DNA from: Trichinella spiralis
Lineage: Eukaryota
DNA: 64,000 bases
Direction of reading: 5' to 3'
Assembly: GCF_000181795.1 (NCBI RefSeq)
Contig: NW_003526941.1
Span: forward strand, 2,761,933-2,825,932
The first letter of the stretch is position 1. Every line of letters begins with the position of its first letter. Shown piece by piece: positions 39,276 to 52,600 of the stretch. The translations under genes were made by a program, and so were the position numbers. The notes beneath the pieces are model-generated. The model was not told the DNA's origin, made no database searches, and saw only the letters and a list, made by a program, of their open reading frames with translations.

Positions 39276-41728
39276 CGCCGTTGCAAAGATGAAGAAGAAA
39301 AAATAAAAGGGAATGAATACCGAAGAAATATACAGACACTGATGTGTCTAACTCTGCTGCTCACTCAACTGAGAGAACTTGACGACAAGGCCGTACCAAC
39401 AAGGACAACAAGCGATCCAATCAATTCGAACAGATAGATTCTAGCCGATTAGCTGAGTGATTCAGCCAGCTCGCGCTCCTTCCTTCGCCCCAACCCCTCT
39501 CTGTGTATGTGTGCGCACTATGAGGTCAAGACAACGCCACTTTTTCAATTAGCATCAAACGTGCAACTGGAGATCGTTTTCAGAAATCATCAAACTCAAT
39601 TATACGAATTGAGCGGATTTTAAACACGACATGCATGCATCACTGCTTTTCTCATTTCATTCTCTTATACCTCTCTCTCTCTCTTCGCTCTTTCTTTTTG
39701 GTATGTTAATTTAGTTATTGTCTGTTCATATTATTTTTACCCCCTTAAATGTTCCCTTCTGAAATAAATAACAAAATGCCCGTTGAGTGTCAAATTTTTT
39801 GCGCAAGTTCAAAATCACAATTCTCAGAAGACAACGAGCCATGGGTAATAACGATGACAATGTTATGTTGTTACACATTGCCGTTTTGCAGTTTAGGAAA
39901 ATTGATTTGAAATTTTGAATTTCACCTCTTTCGCAACCATTCATCGAAGATGATAAAAGTGACATCAAATAGTGTTGAAAAACAAGAAAAAAGTGACAAA
40001 ATTGCTTGATAAAATATTAAAAACTAATTCACAATACTAAAAATTACTTTGCCACATTGCATTGGCGTGTATTATGTGTTTGCTATCGATTCGAAACAAC
40101 GATCAGCAAGTTGTCTGCCACAATGAATGAAGAAGAAGTTGAAATTCGCTTTTCTTGCTCTTCTGCGCATTATTCAATTTCAAAAAGTAAATAAGCATAA
40201 GGAATAAACAGAAATACAAGCAATATTAATAAAAATAATTCTATGCAAAGACAAATAGTATAGTTAATTGAAGTACTTTAAAAAGCAGCACTGAAGACTA
40301 TGATTAACTACAAGAAAGTGATAAGTGCTGCCCTTGTTCGCCTGATTGAGGATGAACAACAATATGCGCTGTTGATTAATAATTAATACTAAAATTCAGC
40401 TTTCCAGTTTTATGAACTAATTTCCATAAGCAACAGAAGATCAAGCACCATGCAATTAATTGATCAAACAACAACAACGGTGACAACAAATCTCATCGCA
40501 TTATTTACACAGTAAATCACAGAAGTTTATCAAATAATGATAAAATGCAAATCAGTCACTTAATCAACTAGAATCTCACCGTGGACATTTCTGCTACCAC
40601 AGAATCGTCACCATTCGATATCAACGGAAATTTGAATAGCAATGGAATAAGTGGGAAAGAAAAATCAAATCAGAATCAAGTCAAAATCAAGTCCAATCTT
40701 ATCAGCCGTTTGCCAATATTAGCCAATAAAAGTCAAGTGAAACAGTTGGGGGGGATTATTTATCCACAACAGAGACTGATAATGGATAGCTAATGTAAAA
40801 TAACAACAACGACAAAGCATCATCATGTGCCTTTAACAATACGGTAAAAGAATGACTGATCAATTAGTAAAAGAGTATTTATCTCCATGCTATAAACAAA
40901 AAATCAAAATCACTAAATCAATAATATGCACAATTTTCACATTGCTACAACCTGATGAACATTTTTCAATTAGTACATATTTATTTAATGATTAAATAAA
41001 TAAATAAACGATTAATATCATATTAAAATAAATAATGCACAAAATAATACAGCACAGAACCTGGCTTGTCAAAGCGAATGAAAGTAAAAAGGAAGACAAC
41101 CAAAATCAATCTTGAAAAATTCTTGGAACGACAAGACAAAGAATAAAATAAATTTATAACCTTCTTCAAAAACCAATGAGCTGTCAACAGATGAGATGAC
41201 AAACAAATTTATTATTCCAAATTCATCAAGCGAAACAATTCTTCATTATTATGAAAAATATAAATTTACTCTGAACGCAACTTATTAACTAACTACAAAT
41301 AACTTTATTCAATTATTAGCATTGTTGAAAAGAAAGATGAATAAGAATATTGAAACACCCTGATATGACCGAATCAACATCTCTTTCCTCAAGCAAATGC
41401 TTGTCGTTTCCCAGTAAAATAATCACATTCCACACAAATTTGATTACAAAAAACAGCAATCGAGCAAAAACCAACAATTCAGCATATTCGGCATAACATC
41501 GAGCAAACTGCATATTGGAACAATTAATTCAGCCTTTTGCACATTTCAGTTGAAACAAAAGCACGCGTCTATGCTGTTGCTGATGCCGCGTATGCGCGCA
41601 TAAAGTGATCAATTTGAAAAGAATTAAAATTTCATCCGACGACTGAACAGAACAGCCAACGCAATAAATGTGGTCGATAAATTTCTTCTTTTTTTTCTTT
41701 TGCGAAAGAACATATTCTTCATACACGC

Positions 41729-41731
<3 letters not shown>

Positions 41732-41775
<44 letters not shown>
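41732..41775. repeat. (TA)n microsatellite
   Basis: Direct read. Confidence 0.95.
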
Positions 41776-41780
<5 letters not shown>

Positions 41781-44700
41781 TATTATAGAAGAATATCAAG
41801 CGAAACAAAAATATTCCACTCCATTTGATCATGAATAAACGACGCTTGAGCCCTTTTCTCTGTCATTCATTTTCATCCGCTCGTTTTATCCAACCTTTGC
41901 GATTTTGTGAAGCAAGTGAAAATTAAAAGAAGCTTCAGTGAGCAAAAATGGTAATGATAATAATAATAAATCACAAAATGCCTCATCTCTGGTCATAAAT
42001 CAATTTTTTGCGTTGAAACAGAAAAAAGTCTCGTCGAGGTTTGGAACTTTTCGAAGCCGTCCGTCCATCACGCTGTATTGAAATTTCAAATTATAACAAG
42101 CAACAACACCCGAACATGATCACCGCCGCCCCTTTTCAATTAGCGGTTCAAATCACTTTTGCATAAGTGTCGATGACGGCAAATGAACGAACGACCATGC
42201 AAATTTATCCAATCAATCGCGCTTGAATGTCCCGAGGAAAAACTTCGAGAGAAGTTCGAAAAAGCTAATCCATCTAGTGATAGGTGCTTTGAAATATGCG
42301 CACCCGCGCACAAAGTCGTTGAAAGAATTAGCATTGGAAAATCGAAAGCGGAAAATATTTTTCATCCGTTGTCGATCTGCTCATTGAAAAGCAACATTCC
42401 ATACAGACCAATGCAAAGAAATGCTACACCCCTGGGGGGACAGACAGTGAAAGATCGATTGGCATTGAAAAAGAATAATAAAAAGAAAACCAAATTTCTC
42501 TCTGCATATGACACAATAACTGATATATATATATATGTAAAGTTACATAATTTCAAAATTAAATAAAATATTCGCTTTGGGATGGGTACAAAGTAAAAAA
42601 CAATACAATAATAAATTGTGCTAACAAAAAAGTACTTTTCTTGTTCTAGGTCGTTGTTGAAATGCATCTCATGTGTATGAATATGAAATACAAAAAAATA
42701 TCAGACAAATGAAATCTCTCATTGTACGTAAAGTAAAATAAGTATGCAAATATGTGCATAGTTGGTAAACATGAATTTGATATAATTATTGTTTTTTACC
42801 TTCGTATGGCAAGTGATCATGTTTGTCTTCTGACGATGATCTGAACTGAATTTTCGTATAATTAGTGGAAAACTGATGAGCAAGGAAAGAAGCAAAAAGT
42901 TAAAAGATGAAAAAAATCAAAGGTCTTTTCCACAAACGTGTATGCAAATCAGGAATATCTATCTTCAAGCAACCATAACTAATGGTGCGTGTATTTCAAA
43001 AAGAAACAGAAAAAGAACCCCACATATATGTATGTTTATAAGTGCGTGCGTGTGTGTAAGCAGGAGGCTGAAAACTTCAGACGACGATGCTATTTTCGTT
43101 GCTGTTGCTGTTGTCTATACCAAAAACACTGCAGCGCACCGCCTGTTCGTCACCTGATCGACATTGAATTGCAATAAACAAAACCAGCAAGCAAAGAAAA
43201 CAAACCAAAAAAGCAGCCAGCTTAAGAAGCAAATTATCAGCTATTTTTGACAATCAATTTGACGCAAAGCCGCCGTAATAGCTCAACTCTGCCAAAATTT
43301 TGCAAGCACAAAGCCAATATAATTTCAACAGGCTAAGAGTGACAAATTCAAACTGATGTTTACAAATTGTACGAATATTTCATATAACTTTTAGCACACA
43401 TGCGTATATATATATATATATATATATAGTTTTTGCAAGTTCTGCGAGAAGGTGAAGAAATGTGAGCAGGAAAAAAAACCTGCACATCAATTATAATGAA
43501 CACCAAGTGCGTTTTGCTACTTGAAACGCAGTTGATTGAATAATATGAGGCAAAATTTCTCCAGTTAATCCTCCCTCCAATGCAGCATTCTCCAACTGAG
43601 CGTGTTCAACTTTGAACGACATTGTTTTGAAGCATTGCATTGTGTATTGCAAATAAAATGCATCGATGCGTCAACATTGACAGAAAGTGAAAAAACAAAA
43701 AAGAAAACTGAATACAAGTACTAGCATAAAAGTAGCTAGGCAAAAATCTTTCAAGATGACCAAGCAGTAACAGTCTAGTTAAACGGGTTTATTTTCTGTT
43801 TTTCTATTCATAAATTTATCTTTATCATAATTTTACAAGTAACTTGGTAAAGAGAAAATCTTTAACGCAACAGAGTGTGTAACAGATGACGTCGAAAATC
43901 TTTTCATTATTAATACATGTACCGTAAAAATGAACAAAAATTATTCCACAACATTCGTATAAATAAAACATGAAACTCAGTTCCACATGCATAATGACGG
44001 TTGCAATAGCATAATAAAGAAAAAAGTTGAATAACAAAAGATGCCCCCCTCTGCAAATCATCATTACCTATATCATATCTACCTGCCTCTCTGATAATGA
44101 AACTGACAGAAAATATGTACATTCGTTTGCATTTTACGTTACTTTTTTTTCTAAAAGTTACACATTTAACGCAATAATGCCACAGCTCAGTTGTAGATTA
44201 TTTTAAGCTGAAATTCGAATGAAAATCTAAACTCAATTTCATATTGCAAAATATTACAAAACAAAAATGAATGCAATGCAATGAAAAATACGGTCGTTTC
44301 AATAAAATATGAAAAATATGGATTGCTCGGGTAATTTTTAGTCATATTTTCAAACAACAAACAAAGCGTGCTGAATGACAGGAAAAGAAACAGAACTGAT
44401 CAAATGGATAATAAAAAGTGACAAGCCAGTAAGTGACTATCCCACCGTTGGGTAGAAAAAAGAGACAAAAACATCGAGCAGAAAAATCGACAACGACAAA
44501 CGCATCATCATGAGAATAAATAAAATGCAATGGAACGCCATTTCTAATCTAATTTCTCATCTATATTGTTGTTCAAAAAGTATGCAATGGTCATCTGTAT
44601 CGATTAACCATTTGTATTATTACTAACCAATTGATGGCGATGATTGTGTACAAAATGAAATACAAGATGCACTGCTTATTTCAAAATGTATTTAATAAAC

Positions 44701-45440
44701 AAGAATGCGCGTGGATGAATTTCAAATGAAAAATGAACATTACTATTATGAACAACAACAACTACTACTACTACTACTACAACACATCGTGTTGTTCAAA
44801 TGCTAAAATACTATTATTAATTAATAACTGTGCTGTAACTAGTAAAGTGAAAGTTGTTCGCACAAAAATTGCCTCTTCATTCATCCACTTACTTATTTAT
44901 TCACAATCTATGTTGGAAATATAATTATCGAACTGTCATCATCAAATAAATATTTTTACAAAATTCTATAACATTGCTTAGCAACAGCTTGAACAATGGA
45001 AAAATATAACATATATATAGATGAGAAAACGAAATCATTACTTTAATTAAGATATTTTTGTTTAAAAATTAAAATCATCATTCAATTATGAAGCAGTTGC
45101 CTCGTTACGGTGACAAAAAATCTAATCTGTCAAATGAAAAAGCCATTTGCTTTCGTTCAATAAATAAATAGTTAGCCAGATTAAATAAATAGGCATGAAA
45201 TATTAATGTTTCTTTTTTTAACAAACTGTGTAAAGATAAGCCCTTCGTTGGCTTTTTCAACAGGTTGAACCGCCTCAATTCCCTCAACATCGCCAATGTG
45301 CTACTAGTTTGAGAATATTATTATTCAATTATGAATGAGTGAAAATAAAAAAACCGCTCACAATCGTTTCCCAACATAACAGCAGAAGAGGAACAGAATT
45401 CAAAATATAACCAACAGCACAGCACAAAAGCATTACTTAC

Positions 45441-45668
45441 CCTTGTACCACTCATGGCTGACAGCAAAGCGACGCTCTCGCCAGCTTCTAGCTGACCGAG
45501 CAGAGAACATTCGGGCAGACTAAAGTGACGAGCCGTCGGAGTGGTCAATGACGGTGCTGGTTCCGGAACGACAAGCACAACTGAAGATGACGAAAGCTTT
45601 TTCGACGCCACCTCACCAGAAGGACTACCGGATGTCGGCTGCAGTTGGGACTTTTTGCCGGATGGCAT
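45441..45668 (-). CDS. Putative distal alternative first exon (MPSGKKSQ...GTR), probably of soc-2
   Basis: GC-richer 76-codon ATG-initiated stretch ending in a strong phase-0 donor AGG|GTAAGT. No other downstream gene on this strand before soc-2. Confidence 0.4.
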
Positions 45669-48600
45669 TCAAACAGCTTATCGTAAAACTATACTTAAAA
45701 GACAGATAATAAAATGATATTACATTTTTTTGAGTACTTTTCAAAAAAAAATATAAGGCTGAGTTACACAAGAGGGAAAAGAAAAAACAACAACAGATGA
45801 GCCAAATAACCAAAAGTACAAAAGGATAAATGATAAATCGCTTGACGCAAATGTGCAGCACGAGCACAAAAGAGTTGGTGTAAATAGTGAACGCCTGAGA
45901 CGCAGAAGCAGTTAAAGAGACTATAGAACTGCGAGAAAATTACTAAGAGCGCTTTGAGCTTGCAATCGAGGTGCAACTTAAAATCGATACCACATCAACG
46001 AGTAACGTAAACTAATTTCTCCTTGCCCAGTATATTTCAGCCTGTTCGAAAACAAGCCACTATTCCCATACCTGCAACAATTTCTCTCATTCATATGCAA
46101 ATTGCAAATATACTGTATAAATTTGCATTTATACACTGTTGAACTGTGCTTCATTTGATGATATGCAACAACAAATCTCATTTGTATTTCTTCTTCTTTC
46201 GCTTCATTTTACTTATATTTAAGTTCAGTTTCCAAACACCCACAACTAATCATTGAATTACCACAAACTTTTCCTATACAAAGTGAATAGACAGACAATG
46301 CCGACAACATCGACATCACCAACAGCAATAGCAGCAGCAGTAACATCAACTAGAACAACAACAACAATTGCATTTCTTGCGTTGGCATGTATTGATCGGT
46401 CGAACGTGGGCAATGAAGCTTTATTAAAATTGAAGTACACGCTATATAGCATGCAAGCGACGACGACAAGAAAGCACGGTCGAAAAGGAAGCCCAGCTTT
46501 CAATAAGCAAATGATCACAGCAGGTCAACTTTGCCAACTAGTGTGCAACAGTGAGCGTGAAAAATCGAACCAACGTGAAAACCTTGCACAATATCAATTC
46601 CAAGCAAGCAATCAAAAAACCAAATAAAAGAAAAAAAAGAAGTGCTTCCCACCCCCCGCCCACTTTTCGCAGCCAAAACCACTGTTCAGATATATGCGCT
46701 TGTTCAACTTTTCTCTCCAATAAACAAAATGCAACAGTCAAATTATAGAAATTAAAAAAAATAACTAAATTTACTCATCAACTGATAATCGGGATCGCTT
46801 TTTCCATTTATAATTTTCCCATGCCTTATTAGGTGGAAAATTACATTTCCGTTTTTACGCTATTTCTTTGCCTTGACTGAATAAAAATCACAAAAAAAGA
46901 AAAATAATAAAAATCGTTTCATATTCATATTCTTATTCCTCCACTTCACTTATCTGGCCAGCATGTTGAAGCGGATCAACTGTATACATTCATTGCACAA
47001 CTCTGTTAGCATAAACAAAGTCGACAGCATGCAACATCAGCACATCGAACTGTCGCCTCATCGGCTCTTCTATTCGTGAAGAATCTTTAAAAAAAATTCA
47101 TCACCAAATATTTACACAACATCCTGCATAACCAATTATCGTAGAGTGTTTTTCTTTTCATTCAACACATACAGAAGAAGCTGATCATAATAACAATTAA
47201 TAAACACTCTCTGAAACAAAAGCGTACACAGGTGCAGTGAAAGGAAAACTCTTTGCAATTTTCTAATGATAAACTGCTATTATTCTATGTGTAATGTAAA
47301 TTGTAAAAAATCATTTGATTTTGATTAAGCTGCCACAATCTGCTTTTCCAATTCAAAATGAGAAAAAATATCTCCCGATATATATCGGCACCAGGATAAA
47401 TTTTAGATAATTGACAAGCACTACAAATTTAAATGAAAAACTACCTACTGAAAAATTATCCCTTTCAGAAACGCATTCAAACACTACTAGAGATGCCTCA
47501 TAACTAGCAATTTTTCCTTGAATGAAATGTACGAAATGAAGAAAAATTTTCACTTAAATAAAACAGTAAGTAAAATTAACTATTTCAAATTGCACACAGT
47601 TATAAATAAATACAATAACAACGCATATAAATGCTTACGTATGGTCATATAGTTAAATAATGAAGCTACTTAAAAGTTGAATTGGAATAAAACTAAGGCA
47701 ATCAAATGAATGACTTAAAGCACAACATGGTTGCAACTACTTATCACAAGTGTCACTGGAATTATCATATAAACGTCAGTTTCGAAATTTCGTGAAATAT
47801 GCTCAACAAACGGCAAATGCCATGCGTTCATTAAATGCTTCAATATTACTACTCAGCTTTCTCTGCTCTTCAAAAAAACAAACAAGAAATTCCATATCTA
47901 AGTGGATAAAAAGGAAATATCCCTTTTTATACACGATAAGATATTTAAAATTATAAAATAGACAACTGACAAACTACTGTATGTTAACAAATTACTGCGT
48001 TATTGCAGGGCATGCGCACGGCTTTATTTATACATTTTTATTGCTCAATTTGAAATATATAAGCTGCTTAAGATTATAGATAAAGATAGGGTTAAATTAA
48101 ACTTCGAAATATGACAGTTGTTCAGAAAATTAACTCAACCAAAACTTTATAATCAATATTCTCAGATAAAACCAACTAATATTCGGAAGAATTTTTTCCA
48201 CCAATTTCAGACGCATTAATTAATAAGATGCAAGAAATGAATACTTACTCCTTTTTTATCGTTTGTAAAAGTTCATTGCAAAGCGCGTCGCACAACACGT
48301 ACAGATGATTCTTGCTTGTTTCCTCTTTTTGTAACGCAGGGACAAGAAATTTTCTTCTTTCTGCGCCACATAATTTTTTGGATCGATCAGCAAGCCTATT
48401 TGGTTGGCCAAAAAAGGACAATAAGTAGAATGTGCGCAATTCAATCAAAAAACCCACTCACAAATTTAATTATGCAACAATTATGCAATATGCTGCTAAA
48501 CTGCCCCTGTTCGAGACGTTGAACAAAAAGCATGAAACTTTCCTCCTTTTCGTTCAGCTTGCCTATAACCGAAGCTTCAATATTGCAATTTCCGAGTGTC

Positions 48601-48878
48601 CAAAGAAAAAAATTTAACATTGTGAAAAATTAAATTTTGAATTCAAGACAAAAAAAACAACGAACATCAAATTCGTTGAACATGGATGCACAAACCAAAA
48701 TGATGTTTCATGCAAAAAAAGAAACAAATCACAGTAAATATTTTACTGTATACTTTTTTACAACTTATAAAATGCTTTTCATTTCGCTTTTAAGCCATTC
48801 TTCTTTGAAATAACACCAGGCATTAAAATGCACTCATTTGAATAGATATCGCTGAAGAAAACTTCATCATCCATCAGC

Positions 48879-49569
48879 TCAATAAGACGAATAGCTTGTT
48901 CCGCTATCTGAATAATAAGTACTGTCCTCTTCACTTCCCGAATATTCGGAAGATGCAGACTGATCAGATCCGGAAGATCTGTTCATGTGCCTTGAATTTT
49001 CCGAAAGATAGGATGAAGTGGACGATTCACCATCACTGAGCAATTGTTCGTTCGTTAAATTTCGCTGCAAAGCATTTCTCGGCAGCCAAGCAGCATTATT
49101 TTCATAAGTTCCTGTACCCCCTTCATCATCATCATCGTCGTCGTCGTCGTCGTCGTCATCGTCATCGTCATCATCATCACTTTGATAAGCATCCTCAACA
49201 TCTTCTTGGTCAATTAAAAATTCGTTGCTTATGCCGTCCTGCAAGCAAAACAAAAAAATAATCTGATACAACAGAAAAGCAATAAAAAAATAACTATCTA
49301 CCTGCAAATTCAACTTTGCCTTCCTGCCCACTTGATACAACACACAAGTACTTTTATCAATATCGAATCCATCAGATGCAAAATTGGACTAAAAATTGAA
49401 AAGAAAAAAAAATTAAAGCAAAGCTATCATTGTCCACTGCAGGCAGATAGAAAAACGACAATTCCTTACCGCAATCACTGACAAGTGCGTGTCAAACGGA
49501 TTCACAGCCACATGCACGACATATCGTTTGATGTCAAAACGGTCTAATAAAAGAAGAAAAATGGCAAAA

Positions 49570-49608
<39 letters not shown>

Positions 49609-52600
49609 TGTTCTACAATTTTTTCATCTTACGTATCAGCGAATAATCGCGCGCATTGTACACGGAAATGAAATGATCGTAGAGCAGAGATTCGCAATTA
49701 TCCGCCCGATTGCTGCTGCTCACTTCCTCATCGTACTCTTCAAGCACTAAAATAAGGTGTGTGTTTTATTCCAAAATAAATTTAAAGAAAAAGAAGAAGA
49801 AAAGAGAATAATAATAACAACAACAACAACAACAGAAACCTGCAAATATCACTTCGCCGGTTTTGTTGAACGTCAACTTTTTATTGTCCAATTCAAAGAT
49901 GCTTTTCATCAGGCGATATGTGCGCATATCCCACTGAAATTTTATCAGTGCAAAAAACAAAGAAACAAGCAAAAAATGGAAACGTACCACTTCTGAATTA
50001 ATGATCACCTCGGATCCGTTGGGATGAAATTCGCCCGCTACGCGAGGGTTGAGTTTGTCAAATTTGTGAATCACATCAGTTGTACGCGGATCCCACAATA
50101 TTCCATCTGAAAGCACAATATCCGCTTGAGGATGGAAGTGGGCCCGATTTCGTTCGTAGCGGTTGGCAAGGCTCGTCTTGAACAACTTGACAACACGAAC
50201 GCCAGTTTCCACATCGTATACCTGAAAACAAGACGGGAAAATTCGATTACAACAGTTTTCACTTTCTCAAGGAAAAAATAATAATTACGTTCGCCTGAAG
50301 TGATTTAGTTCCGAGCATACGATCTTCATTGACGTGGCTGAATTCAGCATACTTGTCGTCAAACATGTGTCTGGAAACAAACGCAACGCATTATTAAATA
50401 AAATAAAGAAGCAAAATTCAAATGCCATTCGAATTCGGTTACTTGGGAGTTGTTGAATCATTCAACGACCAAAGTAAGCAAAAGCTGTGCGTGCCGGGGT
50501 GTGAAACCAGCATAAAAGGGTGAAACTGAAATAAATACACGGTCCAAGTAGTAAGTAAGCAGAAGTGGCAAATCGGACAAAGCTCACCTCAGAAAAAGCA
50601 ATGTTTGCTACCGGTGGTAACAACGACGAATCGTGGTAAGCGTAATGGTCGGGCATTATTGTGCGGTCGTTCATGTTCATTGCATGGACAATTCCATTTA
50701 TGGTACCATAGTAAAGAGCAGAACCATCCGGCTGAAAATGAATAATAGCAACCGTTTAAACGAACAACTCTTGTGAAAAGAAGCTGAAACAACCAAAAAT
50801 GCAGAACAAAACGAAGGATTCAGATTCGCATTGGCAAGAACAAATTGATCGAAACGAAGCCGACTGTAGATAAATTTCCAATCTTCATCGTAACTATCGA
50901 CAATGCCCCGAAATCGGAAATACTACAATCATTGGATTGGAAAGTCTGTGATTAAAATTCTCGAAAATGGAAAATTTACTGGACGATTGAAAAATCGTGC
51001 AGCCAAATTTGTAGGAACCGACACTGGAGGTTTCGGTTCTGGACAGCGATGCTTGCTGAAAAAATAATGCGGAATACGACGACGCCCAGTTAGTTTAGCT
51101 TGGTGGAAAAAGAAAAATGCCTATTACTCAAAAACAGAAAATTCCATGCAACCAGCGATTGGTTTCGGACAAGCACGATGCTGGCTTCGAAAGTAGTCGT
51201 TCATCACGTTATCCAACGAGACCATGTTTGATGGAAAAGTTGGATTTTGCAGCTGGCTGTTGGATAAAGTTTTGATCGAAGATTCTGAACAACAAGCTGG
51301 AAAAAGGAATCGATTGGGTCGACGAAAATTGTTCGACGACTTTGGTGTGAAATCCGATGGGCCGGAAAATGAAGATCCAACAGAACTGACTGGACGAACA
51401 GCCCAAACGCGATTTCCCCCTTCAGAACGTACAGCCTGCTGCTTTTCAACTATCATCCCACTCGACTGAGAATACACTCTATCCTGAAACGACTACAACA
51501 TTCGTGAACAACAAAATATATATATATATATATTTATTTATTTATTCAAATATAATTTTATTCTACTTCTCGTGCGCTTTGCGGTTGCTTGAAAAGCAAA
51601 TCATTGTAAACAGATAATCCCGCTTCATCGTACAACTTCTTCGCCGTTTCAAACATACCTGCAACAAAGCATACATTTACCACTTACATACACCACAGTA
51701 TATTCAAACATTATAGTATAATAAATTCAACAAATCTTCGCACCATCTTCGCATAACTTTCGAAATATTAATAAATGTATCTCTCTTTGATCGTACTGGA
51801 TGACCATATCGTTCGTCACTTTTTCCTTAAACATAATATAAATAATAAATAAGAATAACAGAATCTACAGATAGATAAATATTATTTTTTCCAAACCAGC
51901 CGAATAAGTGCTCATTTCAACTACACTAAACACACCTTGTAAAGCTGATCGTTTCTGAAACTTTCATTGGTGACAACTTCAACGCCGACAACTTGCTTCA
52001 AAAATTTCTGCACCTGTTTTCGAAATGATTGCCCCTGTTTTCGCTTTTGAAGTACACCTGATTCTTTAACCAAATCTTAAAATTCACATCACAAATTAGC
52101 TGTTTGCTCACTTTCTAGAACAAATTCTGAAATATTCAATGTTCAATTTCAACAATAAAGAAAACTGAATGAAATGAAACACCAGTTCACCGTCGTACAA
52201 AAATTTACGCATCCATATAATAAAATTACCTAACAGCTCGTTATCAGCAATCAACGGCAACTGCATCAACATCTGCTTGATGCTCTCGTCCCTGCATAGA
52301 CCATTCAGTGCCTGCACAATTATTGAAATTATTTTAGCAAACGTGCAAAAAAGTATACATACCATCAAAGCAATACGGGCCCCTTTTTCTTCAACTTCCG
52401 ATGATACCGACTTGTAGATAAAATCCAACAAAGGCTACAATTGTAAATTGGATGAGCAATTTCTATTGAAAAGGAAACAAAAAAGAAAAGCTAAAAAGTT
52501 GACCATGATAACGTTTTCCTGTCGAACAGCTTTCCAAATCATTTTCAAAAGCTCCTCACTGGAGCGTACTGTATTGGCGTCATTTCCAAAGCCCACCTTT

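Noticed and set aside
42410..42440. GVAF peptide on the minus strand resembling the human SHOC2 PP1 motif
   Set aside because: No flanking similarity or convincing exon structure; the RVRF exon aligns much better.
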